Shown here piece by piece: positions 1 to 10,794 of a stretch of DNA of 64,000 bases. The stretch's first letter is position 1; every line of letters begins with the position of its first letter. Source of the DNA: Tengunoibacter tsumagoiensis (GTDB taxonomy: Bacteria > Chloroflexota > Ktedonobacteria > Ktedonobacterales > Ktedonobacteraceae). The translations under genes were made by a program, and so were the position numbers. The DNA lies in contig NZ_BIFR01000001.1 of the NCBI RefSeq assembly GCF_003967535.1, positions 113,493-177,492 on the forward strand, given 5' to 3'. The notes below the pieces were generated by a model, which saw nothing but the letters and a program-made list of their open reading frames with translations, was not told where the DNA came from and ran no database searches.

Positions 1-107
1 TCAATTCGGCTCAATACTGTTGCTAACAACGAGGCTGGAGCCTGTACACCTGTTGCTGATCCATCTATTGTTGCAGGTTCAGGCTGCTGTTCAGTCTCAT
101 TTTCCAT
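1..107 (-). CDS. Partial hypothetical protein (N-terminus only, continues past the window start). Possible anti-sigma factor, given its position downstream of an ECF sigma gene
   Basis: ATG at 105-107 (minus strand) is preceded by GGAGG. The reading frame stays open to the window edge (MENETEQQPEPATIDGS...). No recognisable domain in the 35 aa available. Confidence 0.3.
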   Translation of the reverse strand, partial: MENETEQQPEPATIDGSATGVQAPASLLATVLSRI

Positions 108-121
108 CCTGGCCTCCTCTT

Positions 122-709
122 TTACGCTTTGTCGCGGACCAACGTCTGCGCTTGTAAGAACATCCTTAATTGTTTTACACCACGATGGAGATTAACCTTC
201 ACTGCCGCCAGGGAGAGGTCCAGGAGCTCAGCAATCTCACGATAGCTGAGTTGCTCAAAATAATAACAGGTAATAACCAGACGATAGCGTTCTGGGAGCT
301 GCGCCACCAGCGCCTCTAGCTCTGCCTGCTGCTCTTGCGTTTCAAAGATGATCTCTGGCTGCTCTTCTGTTCTCTCTTCCATCTCTATGACCGAGCTATC
401 CTCAAAAAGACCAGAAGAGACTACCTGCAACCGCGCACCACGTACATGATGATCGAAAGAATGAATCGTGATTTTGTAGAGCCAGGGTTGCAGTTTAAGT
501 GTCTGCACACGCCAGGCAGGATATTTTTTTAAGGAGAGATAGGCATGTACAAACGCTTCCTGTACAATATCTTCCGCCTCCTGGGCATTCCCTGTCAGGC
601 GTAGCGCAAAGATAAACAAACGCTGCTGATAGCACTCAACCATGGGTTGAAAATACTGTCGCAGATCCTGTGCCAGTAATGTGGGGAGCATCTGTTCCGA
701 AAGCTTCAT
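122..709 (-). CDS. ECF-type RNA polymerase sigma-70 factor (sigma-24 family)
   Basis: Sigma70 region 2 (DIVQEAFVHAYLSLKKYP) and region 4 HTH (LSYREIAELLDLSLAAVKVNLHRG). The start at 709 has a GAAGGA RBS; the ORF track extends the frame to 766. Confidence 0.8.
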   Translation of the reverse strand: MKLSEQMLPTLLAQDLRQYFQPMVECYQQRLFIFALRLTGNAQEAEDIVQEAFVHAYLSLKKYPAWRVQTLKLQPWLYKITIHSFDHHVRGARLQVVSSGLFEDSSVIEMEERTEEQPEIIFETQEQQAELEALVAQLPERYRLVITCYYFEQLSYREIAELLDLSLAAVKVNLHRGVKQLRMFLQAQTLVRDKA

Positions 710-880
710 CGTTGTCCTTCCCAATTTTTTTTGCGCTTCTGCCTGTAGATACCAGAACCGGACCAAAAGGTTACAACACAGAGCAGGAGCGAGCGAAAAA
801 GACGATCATCTTTTTCGCTCGCTCCTGCTCTTAAAATGGCCCTGTATCTTCAAGAGCCACGACTCGAAGCTCTTACCCGC

Positions 881-1903
881 TTATCTGGTGCTGGTCGTAC
901 TCATGATATTCTGTTTAGCAGCTTGTTCAGCCTGACGGCGTGGACGCCAGATTTTGAAGTATTCGGCTGAAAAGTAGGAGCCAACCACCAGCAACGCCGC
1001 AACAACTTGAGAGATAAGCCCCTCATAGTTGGGGAAGACGGCAAACCAGAGGCCCATCCAGCCTGGAATTGGCAGATTGACTGGTGTGCTAGAGATCCAA
1101 TGTGCCAGCTGCATCTCTTGAATGCTCTCACCAACCATCACGACCAGAACAATGCCAAGCATCACGCCAGTAAGGACCAGCATCTTCTTATAGGGTAACT
1201 TATGGTGGAACTTAAAGGTCAACAGTCCCACAATAGCGGTGAAGAAGAGTCCGATTGAGACGCCCATCAGAACGGTCTGAGCCCCCACCTGGAGCCGCAA
1301 ACTCTGTAAGAACAGGACTACCTCGAAACCTTCACGATACATGGCCGAGAGCCCCAGCATGGCCAGACCGAAATTTGTCTTTGCCTGATTGCTACCAGCA
1401 TCCTTCATAATCTCTTTGCGGCGCTTGTTATGTAAAGAGATCCAGCCAGTCCAGTAGATCTTATGGAAGAACCAGTTCATAATGATTAACAGAACGATAA
1501 TGGCTAGCAGGCCAGTACCAGCCTGAATATCCAGAGCTGGCGCGCTTACCGCATCAATGATTGCAATAGCGACAAACCAGGTAGCAACGGTGGCTAAAAA
1601 GCCGATTCCCGAGCCAATCGTGATCGGCTTACGATAGGATTGGTTGGATTTTACGAGACTTGCAGTTAACGCCGACAGGACCAGAATAGCCTCCAGACCC
1701 TCACGAAACACAAGAATGGCGGTATTTAAAATGACTGCATTATGATCAAGATGTGGTGCAGTCGGATCAGGAGTGCCCGAAGCGGTAATGCCTTGCCAGA
1801 CAAGCACTCCTACAATAAGGATTCCCGCCAGAATCAGTATTATACGGAGCACAGTACGCCAGAGCGCTCGTACTCCTGCCACATCGATAGATCTGCTTGA
1901 CAT
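881..1903 (-). CDS. FTR1-family high-affinity iron permease (EfeU-like)
   Basis: Polytopic membrane protein with two REXXE motifs (REGLEAI and REGFEVV), which is diagnostic of the FTR1 family. Confidence 0.8.
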   Translation of the reverse strand: MSSRSIDVAGVRALWRTVLRIILILAGILIVGVLVWQGITASGTPDPTAPHLDHNAVILNTAILVFREGLEAILVLSALTASLVKSNQSYRKPITIGSGIGFLATVATWFVAIAIIDAVSAPALDIQAGTGLLAIIVLLIIMNWFFHKIYWTGWISLHNKRRKEIMKDAGSNQAKTNFGLAMLGLSAMYREGFEVVLFLQSLRLQVGAQTVLMGVSIGLFFTAIVGLLTFKFHHKLPYKKMLVLTGVMLGIVLVVMVGESIQEMQLAHWISSTPVNLPIPGWMGLWFAVFPNYEGLISQVVAALLVVGSYFSAEYFKIWRPRRQAEQAAKQNIMSTTSTR

Positions 1904-2155
1904 TGTTCTTCTCCAACCAATACTATTTTATATGGTCTGGCTCAAAATACTGCCTGCCAGACAAAAATTTTTGCGTTGTGTGACACAACTCTTTTCGCCC
2001 CGTGCATGTGAAATAAAGTCAGCAACATTAGGGCGTGCTAATATCCTAGCAACACAGTCGGATATTAGCACGCCCTAATGTTAAAAGTCAAGGGTAGATC
2101 TCGTCAGAATGCTACAGATGTGATAAATTAGGAAGACTCTGAATGGGGCTGTCTG

Positions 2156-3196
2156 ATGAAATCATATCGAAAGGATGAGCTGGATCCAGGTTATGCTCTC
2201 AGGTTCGACCTGGCCAGGCAAACGATTATCATGCAGAAAGATTTTTCAATCCGCCAATCGGATCATCATTCACGCTACCTGGTCTTCTCGCGTGAAGAGT
2301 GGGCCCGGTTGCGTGCCTCAACCCCTCTTACGCTCTCTGAAGAGCGCCTGCTCTCCCTGCGTAGTCTCAATGACCGCATCTCATTGATGGAGGTCGAACA
2401 GATCTATCTGCCGCTCTCGCGCCTGCTCAATCTGTATGTAACGGCGGTACAGAATCTCCATACGGCAACCGCTACGTTTCTGGCTCGTTCTGCTGCCCAG
2501 GTCCCCTACGTAATTGGCATAGCTGGGAGTGTGGCTGTCGGCAAAAGTACTACAGCTCGTCTGCTTCAAGCGCTTCTCTCAGACTGGCCCTCGCGGCCAC
2601 ATGTTGAATTGATTACAACCGATGGCTTTCTCTGGCCCAATCGGGTCCTTGAAGAGCGCAATCTCATGCAGCAGAAAGGGTTTCCAGAAAGTTATGATGT
2701 CAAACGGCTGGTCCGTTGTCTGGCGGCGCTAAAAGCTGGCACGCCTGAGGTTCAAGTTCCGATGTATTCTCATCTGATTTATGACATCATCCCTGATCAG
2801 ATGCAAACGATTCACCAGCCCGATATCTTAATTGTCGAGGGCCTGAACGTCTTGCAGACTGGTGATAATCAATCACGACAGCACAATCGCCCCTTCGTCT
2901 CAGATTTTTTTGACTTTACAATCTATGTGGATGCCGAAGAAAAGATTATTGAACACTGGTATCTGGAACGTTTTTTAACGCTGCGCGAGACGGCATTCCG
3001 CGATCCTTCTTCCTACTTTAAACGCTATGCTGATCTCTCAGTAGATGAGGCTATGGCGACTGCTCACTCCATCTGGGCGGCCATCAATGGCCCAAATCTC
3101 CAGGAAAATATCCTTCCCACGCGAGAAAGAGCACAACTCATTCTTCGCAAAGGGAAGGATCATTTTACTGAAGAGGTCAAGCTTCGCAAATTATAA
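2156..3196 (+). CDS. coaA: Type I pantothenate kinase
   Basis: Near-collinear with E. coli CoaA: P-loop [43 protein letters not shown]. Confidence 0.95.
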   Translation: MKSYRKDELDPGYALRFDLARQTIIMQKDFSIRQSDHHSRYLVFSREEWARLRASTPLTLSEERLLSLRSLNDRISLMEVEQIYLPLSRLLNLYVTAVQNLHTATATFLARSAAQVPYVIGIAGSVAVGKSTTARLLQALLSDWPSRPHVELITTDGFLWPNRVLEERNLMQQKGFPESYDVKRLVRCLAALKAGTPEVQVPMYSHLIYDIIPDQMQTIHQPDILIVEGLNVLQTGDNQSRQHNRPFVSDFFDFTIYVDAEEKIIEHWYLERFLTLRETAFRDPSSYFKRYADLSVDEAMATAHSIWAAINGPNLQENILPTRERAQLILRKGKDHFTEEVKLRKL

Positions 3197-3238
3197 CGTG
3201 CTATGATGGTTTCACATCAGGTGGCAGAGCGCACAGAG

Positions 3239-3478
3239 TTACTCAAGAATAGCAGCAGGCAGATGGGCAATCTCGCCCGAAATAGAGTAGCAGATAGCCT
3301 CTTTATTGGGGAAGGTCATAATATAGGCACCATCAACGATGTTCCCGGCTCGATCTCGGCTGGGCTCCTCTGTCATATAATGGCAGACGATGGCTTCCGT
3401 CTCGACAACGTCTCCTTCATAACGGCGGATCAAACGCAGAGCATTGGGAGTTATAGTAGTGCAGAAAAGAGTTTTCAC
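3239..3478 (-). CDS. Small hypothetical protein (79 aa)
   Basis: A GGAGGA Shine-Dalgarno sequence sits 4 nt upstream of a GTG start. It lies in the gap between coaA and the GT9 gene. No domain recognised. Confidence 0.35.
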   Translation of the reverse strand: MKTLFCTTITPNALRLIRRYEGDVVETEAIVCHYMTEEPSRDRAGNIVDGAYIMTFPNKEAICYSISGEIAHLPAAILE

Positions 3479-3720
3479 AGGCTCCTCCGGATATTCCTGA
3501 ATATAGGAATGAGATTGGTTGATTGATGTACAAGAAGACGCAGTATGAAGCTGACAGATTGTTGAGAATCCAGTAGTGAGAATCTTAGCAAGACCATCGT
3601 AGGGCGCAAAGAGTTCCAGTACCTTTGGTTGAGTCAGAATAACTGATCAATGATGATAGAGCATGATGCATCAAAGAGGGTGCTTCCGCTTCAAGTCAAC
3701 AGATAAACGATGGGCTATGG

Positions 3721-4986
3721 CTAGCAAGTAGAGCAGACCTGAAATTCTAGTGGCAGGCTGGCGATAGCGGCCTCATAAATCTCGTCTGGTGGAATGCTAT
3801 TGATAATCTCTGTCTTTCCCCAGATGATGGCTGACTCGAGCTGTTGATAGCTGTAAGGGTTCGGCTCGACTGTAATACCTCGATGCCAGGTAGTTGAAGA
3901 CCAGACACGACGTGAATACAGGTTGCCGGGCAGAAATGGCGTAATCGTCGGAATACGCAATGCACCTGCAATATGGCCTGGTCCAGTATCATTGGAGAGG
4001 GCCAGTATCGCATGATTAGTTAATACGCTCAGTTCAATGAGTGTATCCGTCTGCTGAATAACGACGCGAGCATTCTGGTTGACTCCAGTAAAATCCTGCA
4101 ACCATTCCTCCATATCCGCTTTCTTGAACCCTCCTGGGAGATTCTCATCCGGACCACAGGCCAGCAAGAAATTGAGCTTCTGCTGCGGAAAATGTCTGGC
4201 AAAATAGGAACAGAGCAAGTAAAGTACTTCATCCCACCGCTCATAACATTTTGCAACCACTACCGATTGAAAAAAACAGATAATCTGAAGCGCCTCTTGA
4301 TCAAGCTCATATCTACTTGCCAATTCCTCGTAGAGTTTTCGATCTTCGTCGGACAACAAGATGTGCGGCTGCGCAGCCGATCCATCAATCGTATGAGGAG
4401 ACAGATAAAAGAGATTCTCAATAAAATCAGCATAGCGGCGATCCTGTCCACGCTGCGCATAGCTACGCAGGCCCACACGAAAGAGATGCCCCAACGTTGC
4501 GATTGTTACCTGCTTATCCGCCAGCTCCCGCAGTTCGAGATAAGGCAGACCATCGTGCTCTCCATGAAAATCCAGGATCAAGACCGTCTTCTGCTCAGCA
4601 GTCTGGCAGATCTGTTCCGTTAACTCCTCTGATGAAATGGCAGAGGTAATAGTGATAGCTGGCCAATATTTGCTCTGATAATATGGTTCAGCAAATAGTT
4701 CAACGCTCCCTTGATCTACGACGATCTGGATGGGGAGCCCGGCTCTCTCTAGCGCTATCAGCGCCTGCAGACTCGCTTCTAACAGGCCCGTCCCTACCAC
4801 ACATTCACCCAGACGGCCCGCTTTGCCCCCTAAGAAGATCACTACTTCATCGGCAGTCTGCAATAAACATCTTGTCTTTCGTAGCAGGGCTTGCTCATGT
4901 TCGGTTAATAAACGCTCCGGCTGCACAGCCCACTCTTGTAAAAAGGTGAACTCAAAACGATGGCTGCCAGCAGACCGATCAGACAT
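3721..4986 (-). CDS. Glycosyltransferase family 9 (heptosyltransferase-like)
   Basis: The C-terminal SNDTGPGHIAGALRIPTITPF matches the GT9 donor-binding motif. GGAGG RBS. Confidence 0.8.
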   Translation of the reverse strand: MSDRSAGSHRFEFTFLQEWAVQPERLLTEHEQALLRKTRCLLQTADEVVIFLGGKAGRLGECVVGTGLLEASLQALIALERAGLPIQIVVDQGSVELFAEPYYQSKYWPAITITSAISSEELTEQICQTAEQKTVLILDFHGEHDGLPYLELRELADKQVTIATLGHLFRVGLRSYAQRGQDRRYADFIENLFYLSPHTIDGSAAQPHILLSDEDRKLYEELASRYELDQEALQIICFFQSVVVAKCYERWDEVLYLLCSYFARHFPQQKLNFLLACGPDENLPGGFKKADMEEWLQDFTGVNQNARVVIQQTDTLIELSVLTNHAILALSNDTGPGHIAGALRIPTITPFLPGNLYSRRVWSSTTWHRGITVEPNPYSYQQLESAIIWGKTEIINSIPPDEIYEAAIASLPLEFQVCSTC

Positions 4987-5281
4987 CTAGTTTTTACCTC
5001 CTTCTACATAGATGTAAGTCTAATTAGATTGTAGAGGAGATTGCTGCTCGTGTCAAGACATTCTGCCGTCTGAGAGCGTTTTGAGAGATATGCAAGGCTG
5101 TGCTTTGCTTCTCAGCAGGGGATGGATAGCAGAGAGACTGGATTATAGTTGGACTGTACAAATATCCCATGCAAAAGGTAGTCATAATCGAATTGCTTGC
5201 TGTCCAAAAACACGGTAAGCTCCCCCTTATACATATCTACATATACATACACAGCGATTAAAAAAAGAAGGATGCGCATTC

Positions 5282-6517
5282 ATGAATTTCATAAAGGCTT
5301 TGGGGAATCGTGCAATTGCACTCTTATGGGTGGGCCAGGTCCTCTCGTCCATGGGAGATTATTTCTATCAGATTGCCGTGATGTGGATTGCCGTGAAGCA
5401 AGCTGGTAGTGGAGCTGGCCTGGTCGCTGCCGCAGAGACTGGATCACTCCTCATCTTTGGTCTACTGGGAGGAGTCTTTGCCGACCGTTGGAATCGACGC
5501 TATGTGATGCTCACAGTCGATTGCATACGCGCCGTTACGGTCGCCATTCTGCCGCTTCTGGCCTTTTTTGGAAGATTGCAGCTCTGGCATCTTGTCATAG
5601 CAGCCATTATCATCGGCAGCCTGGGAGCCCTTTTTAATCCAGCCCTCCAGGCCAGTCTCCCCAGCCTCTCAGGAGACGTCAAAACCTTACAGGCGACGAA
5701 TGGTCTGATGGATGTCACCAGTCGCATCGCCCTGGCGATTGGACCGAGTCTGGCAGGAGTTCTGATTGTCTTTCTGCCTCTCCCACACTTTTTTACCCTC
5801 GATGCTATCAGTTTTGCCATCTCTGCTCTGGCTATCTTCTTCCTGGGACGAAACTTCGTCTGGCGGCCAGATCAATCGGTGCACAAAACAACTGGACTGG
5901 CCAGCATTCTTCATGAAATTCGCGATGCCATTCAACTGGTACACAGCCATCGTGCATTGGCCTGGGCCATCGTCAGTAACGGCATCCTCAATATTGTCTG
6001 GGGGGCTGCTTTTATCGTTGGCGTGCCACTCTTTGTTGATCGGACCCTGACCGGTAATGTCGGGGCATACGGTCTGATTGTGGGTGCCTATGGGGTTGGC
6101 AATGTGCTCAGCAATCTCGTGATTGGAAGTATCACCATACAGCGCCGGACCCTCAGCATCTTTCTGGGCAATATTATCCTGGGAGCTGGCTTCCTCATTC
6201 TAGCTCTGGCCCATAATCTGCCTCTGGCAATGATAGGAACAGCCGTAGCGGCACTTGGCGGCCCGATGGAGGATATCAGTATGGCAATCATGATGCAGAC
6301 CGAGCTACCAGCCTCTGAATTAGGAAAGGTCTATAGTCTGCGCATGGTTCTCTCCAGCGTGGGGGGAGCTCTTGGACTCTCACTGGCCGTTCCATTCTTT
6401 GCCCATCTGAGCATCGGTGTGGGGATCGGGCTCTGTGCTCTCACGATGATCGCCTGTGGCATCGCCGGTGTAGTGCGCTTTGGAGTGAGTGAGCCAGAGA
6501 TTGTGATTACTCACTGA
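5282..6517 (+). CDS. MFS transporter
   Basis: 12-TM hydrophobic profile. MFS motif region (GVFADRWNRRYVM). Confidence 0.8.
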   Translation: MNFIKALGNRAIALLWVGQVLSSMGDYFYQIAVMWIAVKQAGSGAGLVAAAETGSLLIFGLLGGVFADRWNRRYVMLTVDCIRAVTVAILPLLAFFGRLQLWHLVIAAIIIGSLGALFNPALQASLPSLSGDVKTLQATNGLMDVTSRIALAIGPSLAGVLIVFLPLPHFFTLDAISFAISALAIFFLGRNFVWRPDQSVHKTTGLASILHEIRDAIQLVHSHRALAWAIVSNGILNIVWGAAFIVGVPLFVDRTLTGNVGAYGLIVGAYGVGNVLSNLVIGSITIQRRTLSIFLGNIILGAGFLILALAHNLPLAMIGTAVAALGGPMEDISMAIMMQTELPASELGKVYSLRMVLSSVGGALGLSLAVPFFAHLSIGVGIGLCALTMIACGIAGVVRFGVSEPEIVITH

Positions 6518-6627
6518 ACCGAAGATCGTGAGTACTTACCAGAAGATAGTGAATACTTACCAGGAGTGCAGACAAAAAATCGGGTAAGCCAGAGTGGCTT
6601 ACCCGAAGAAGAAGATCCAACAGGCTC

Positions 6628-7245
6628 TTACTTGTGGCTTAAGGCTGTCTTGTAGCGATCGCCCACGATATCCCAGTTGACCACATTCCACCAGGCACCG
6701 AGGTACTCGGGGCGGCGGTTCTGGTACTTCAGATAGTAGGCATGCTCCCAGACATCATTGCCAAGAACGGGATAGTTGCCATCAATGAAAGGGCTATCCT
6801 GATTGGCGGTCGAGGTGATTGCCAGCTTACCACTCTTATCCAGCACAAGCCAGGCCCAACCGGAACCAAAACGCTTCACGCCAGCATCATTGAAAGCCGT
6901 CTTGAAAGCATCAAACGATCCGAAGGTCGCATCAATAGCGCTGGCCAGTTCGCCGGTTGGCGTCTTGCTACCGCCAGGAGTCATGATCTCCCAGAACATG
7001 GTATGGTTAATATGTCCACCACCATTATTGCGAACAGCAGTGCGGGCGCTCTCAGGCACTTCATTCAGGCGACGAATAACCTGCTCGATAGGAAGATTAG
7101 CAAAGTCGTGGCCCTGTAAAGCGTTATTGAGATTGGTCACATAGGTTGCATGGTGCTTATCATGATGCAACTGCATTGTCTGGGTATCAATGTACGGCTC
7201 GAGCGCGCTGTAGTCGTACGGCAATTTTGGAAGTTCAAAAGCCAT
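6628..7245 (-). CDS. sodA: Fe/Mn superoxide dismutase
   Basis: [20 protein letters not shown]...HHDKHH and DVWEHAYYL signatures. AAGGAG RBS. Confidence 0.95.
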   Translation of the reverse strand: MAFELPKLPYDYSALEPYIDTQTMQLHHDKHHATYVTNLNNALQGHDFANLPIEQVIRRLNEVPESARTAVRNNGGGHINHTMFWEIMTPGGSKTPTGELASAIDATFGSFDAFKTAFNDAGVKRFGSGWAWLVLDKSGKLAITSTANQDSPFIDGNYPVLGNDVWEHAYYLKYQNRRPEYLGAWWNVVNWDIVGDRYKTALSHK

Positions 7246-8010
7246 GTAAACATCACTCCTTACTCAAATAGAAGAGAGAGATCACATACCTCCCATGCTC
7301 TATTGAGGTAATCACTGACTATGCCAACACGTGTCGGGCATAGCACTTTTGAGCGGATATTTTCCACATGTTTAGTTATACGCGATGGACGGGACTCATG
7401 GCAAGGGCCCAGGCGTATAAAAATGACATAGAATAACCCTTCTGGTCACCGCCCCATTATATCATATTGGATTTCTCTACAAAGACACGTCTTATCTTTT
7501 TTTATCATGACCGCAAATTTTTCACGTCAACAGAAAAAAGGTCCTTCTTTCTAGAATGCGGGCGCCCCCAGGACTCACAAATGGTTACTTTCTATCCAAT
7601 CACTCTACTTTCGCTCATTGTGCAAAGGGTATATAGATGAAATATATACCTTAAACTGATTTTTTAGATTAAAAAAAGTTATTCATATTAAACACCACTG
7701 CTCAATTTAAAAAGCGTGATACAAATCAGTCAATTTTAGAATTGACATTTGTCATTTTATAATTATAATTACTTATAAGCATCTAGTTCCATTCTAGAAT
7801 GGTAGGGTGCTCTAGATAATTGATGCATAGAAATAAGCATATAATGATTGTATGCGGAGAATACAGCATGGAAGTTACCCCGAGTTTCTATGCTTCAAAT
7901 CCTTTCATTGATTTCCATATCAGCTTCCCCTCCCAGGTGAAGCGGGCTCTATCTTGTCCTGTGATCATAACTCTTTGTTGTGAGAATGAGCATATGTAGG
8001 AATTACTCAT

Positions 8011-9228
8011 GTGCATGATGCATGGGGAAAGGAATCCATCTTGAAGAACATACTCCGTCTCCTTACCTCGCTATTTGCGGTCTTCTCTTTTGCTTTCTTT
8101 GGAACTGTCACACCTACTTTTGCGCAGTCAGTCACCTCCAACGTCCATAAATTGGTGTCACACCATGTGTGCACAACGATTGTCTCTGGACAGGCTCATT
8201 GTAATGCAATCCTTGTTGATAAAAATAGCAAGGGAGTGACTCCCTTTGCCAGTTCACCCGGTGGACTCAATCCGGCAGATCTTCAGTCAGCCTATAATCT
8301 TCCCTCTTCTTCTCTGGGAAGCGGGCAGACTGTCGCAATCGTAGACGCCTATGATGATCCCAATGCAGAATCTGATCTGGCGGTCTATCGAGCACAGTTT
8401 GGCCTGCCAGAATGTTCAACAGCCAATGGCTGCTTCTCAAAAGTGGATCAGCGTGGAGGCACAAACTACCCCGCTGGCAATACCGGGTGGTCTGAAGAGA
8501 TCTCGCTTGATTTAGATATGGTGAGCGCTGTTTGTCCTTTATGTAATATTTTACTTGTCGAAGGGGATAGTGCTTCCTTCGCAAACTTAGGAACAGCTGT
8601 AAATACCGCAGTCAGTCTAGGAGCGACGACAGTTAGCAATAGTTATGGTGGAGGGGAATCGTTTTTATCATTCCTCTATGCTTCATACTACAATCACCCG
8701 GGCGTAATTATTACTGCCAGTACTGGTGATTCCGGCTATGGTGTCGAAGTACCTGCGGGCTATAATACTGTTGTCGGAGTAGGAGGTACATCTCTGCACG
8801 CCAGCAGCAATGATCCTCGCGGTTGGATCGAAAGTGCCTGGAGTGGTGCTGGCAGTGGTTGCACAAGTTATGAAAGTAAACCCACCTGGCAATCAGACCC
8901 CGATTGCTCACATCGTACTATCGCCGATGTCTCGGCTGTGGCTGATCCTGCAACTGGCGTCTCGGTCTATGATACCTATGGCGTAGCTGGCTGGCTCGTC
9001 TTCGGTGGTACAAGCGTCTCCTCACCGATTATTGCCAGTGTCTATGCATTGGCAGGAAATGCCAGTTCGCTCAATGCTGCAGAATCTCTCTACAACGATC
9101 CTGGCGATCTCAATGATGTCACTAGTGGCAGTAATGGAAACTGTAATGGCTCCTACCTCTGTACGGCTGGCAATGGCTATGACGGACCAACCGGCCTGGG
9201 AACACCCAATGGAATTGGTGCCTTCTAA
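8011..9228 (+). CDS. Secreted subtilase-like serine peptidase (clan SB, S8/S53-like)
   Basis: Signal peptide, Asp region AIVDAYDD, catalytic Ser motif GGTSVSSP, and Gly/Ser-rich surface loops. Confidence 0.55.
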   Translation: MHDAWGKESILKNILRLLTSLFAVFSFAFFGTVTPTFAQSVTSNVHKLVSHHVCTTIVSGQAHCNAILVDKNSKGVTPFASSPGGLNPADLQSAYNLPSSSLGSGQTVAIVDAYDDPNAESDLAVYRAQFGLPECSTANGCFSKVDQRGGTNYPAGNTGWSEEISLDLDMVSAVCPLCNILLVEGDSASFANLGTAVNTAVSLGATTVSNSYGGGESFLSFLYASYYNHPGVIITASTGDSGYGVEVPAGYNTVVGVGGTSLHASSNDPRGWIESAWSGAGSGCTSYESKPTWQSDPDCSHRTIADVSAVADPATGVSVYDTYGVAGWLVFGGTSVSSPIIASVYALAGNASSLNAAESLYNDPGDLNDVTSGSNGNCNGSYLCTAGNGYDGPTGLGTPNGIGAF

Positions 9229-9255
9229 AGCAGTTTCTTGAGGCATAAAGAGAGG

Positions 9256-9296
9256 GGACCTGGCAGACGGGGCTGCCGGGTCCTCTTTTTCTGGAG
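9256..9296 (+). terminator. Intrinsic terminator downstream of the peptidase gene
   Basis: GGACCTGGCAG...CTGCCGGGTCC stem followed by TCTTTTTCT. Confidence 0.5.
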
Positions 9297-9580
9297 CGAA
9301 GCTATCTAACTCTCCCTTTTCAAAAAGGGAGCTGGCTCTCCATTACGCAAGCCCACTCTCTTCCCCTGGAATAGTTTCTTCGTATTTAGCATGATGGATA
9401 ACGAAACAAGATTGAAACTGCGAAAAGGACTATTTGGCTGAGTGTATTTGCCCTTTTTGGCTTTCTAATAAAGATAACTATCTTTCCACAACAAAACGTG
9501 GTATAGTCTAAATACAATTTCGTTTCCTGCCGAAATTGTAGAGGCAAGGAGCGCTAACGGTACTATTTTTTAGTGGAGCA

Positions 9581-9985
9581 TTGTACATGGCCCATAATGG
9601 AGACCAGAAGATTAAGAGGACAGTGAAAAACACTAAAACAGTCCTTGTTGTCGAGGATGATGCCAATATTGGGGAAGTTCTGGTTGAAGCAATTACCCAG
9701 GAGACTGATATGCTGGCAATCCTCGTTTCAGATGGGTTTGAAGCTCTCAAAGTTGTGAAAAGTATCAAACCCAATCTGTTTATCCTTGATTATCAGCTCC
9801 CACGCATGAATGGCATAGAGCTCTATGACCAGCTCCATGCGCATGAAGAGCTGACCAATATTCCTGCTCTCATGATGAGTGCTCGTCTGCCTCAAAAAGA
9901 GTTGGAAAAACGACACATATTTGGTATGAACAAGCCAATTGATCTCGATGATTTCTTACAAACCATCGAAAAACTCGTAGGTTGA
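9581..9985 (+). CDS. Single-domain response regulator (CheY-like receiver)
   Basis: VLVVEDD...ILDYQLPRMNG...MMSA receiver motifs with no output domain. Confidence 0.8.
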   Translation: MYMAHNGDQKIKRTVKNTKTVLVVEDDANIGEVLVEAITQETDMLAILVSDGFEALKVVKSIKPNLFILDYQLPRMNGIELYDQLHAHEELTNIPALMMSARLPQKELEKRHIFGMNKPIDLDDFLQTIEKLVG

Positions 9986-10041
9986 ACTACTCATTGTCCG
10001 TTTCGAATATTTTATTGTGAATAAATTATGAGTAAGCCTGC

Positions 10042-10410
10042 TTAATTTTCATTCCTGCTTGTGGCATAATCAGTATCCAGGGCACGTAGCAGATCCTGAA
10101 ATGCCTGCACAAGGAGATGATTGCGCAGACGATAGTAGACAACATTCCCTTCGCGCCTTGAGGCCACCAGACCAGCATCAGAAAGCTGTCGAAGATGTTC
10201 TGAGGTCGTTGCAGCAGAGAGTCCAATTGATCTGGCAATATCGCCTGAACGCCATTCAGGAAGGTCAGGGTCTTTACCATCTATCGGCAGGGCGAGAAGC
10301 TCTAAAATATAGCGCCGACTGGTATCACAGACGGTTGATAAGAATGCGTCGACGTATCTATCAACCTCTAATGGACGATGTGGCACCTTTGTCTGTTTTT
10401 CGGTGGACAT
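10042..10410 (-). CDS. ArsR-family HTH transcriptional regulator
   Basis: Winged HTH (DIARSIGLSAATTSEHLRQLSDAGLV...REGNVVYYRL). GGAGGG RBS before the ATG at 10410. Confidence 0.75.
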   Translation of the reverse strand: MSTEKQTKVPHRPLEVDRYVDAFLSTVCDTSRRYILELLALPIDGKDPDLPEWRSGDIARSIGLSAATTSEHLRQLSDAGLVASRREGNVVYYRLRNHLLVQAFQDLLRALDTDYATSRNEN

Positions 10411-10794
10411 GACATCCCTCCAATTAAGTTCAAATGGGCAGTTAAAACCATCTTCTATCCTAAACTGAGCCATTCAAAGATGCAAGAGGCCTGATCAGTT
10501 TGGACTAGAGGTACTACTCCCACCCGTGGCGATCTATCACCTCTCCAGAAATGATGATATTCTACCCAGAGGTACTATTGGTTTGAACAGTCAACGCAAA
10601 AGTCCTCAATGTGATATAATGCCGCCAAACCAGATGTTCTAAATTTGAGCCCTTTCGCTCTCTTTCCTTTTGTATGGATCACCCAGGCCGCTTAGTCTGT
10701 TTTTGTAGATGCTCTCTTAACGGTATCTTCCCCCTCTGCTCATAGGCAGTTGGGGCCAGAGAGCATGCTCTCTGGAAGAGGATGTAAGATTACG

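Noticed and set aside
3203-3526. 107 aa plus-strand ORF between coaA and the GT9 gene
   Set aside because: It fully overlaps the minus-strand 79 aa ORF, which has a strong GGAGGA Shine-Dalgarno sequence, and it has no RBS itself. It is probably a shadow ORF. Neither ORF has a recognised domain, so confidence in the choice is low.
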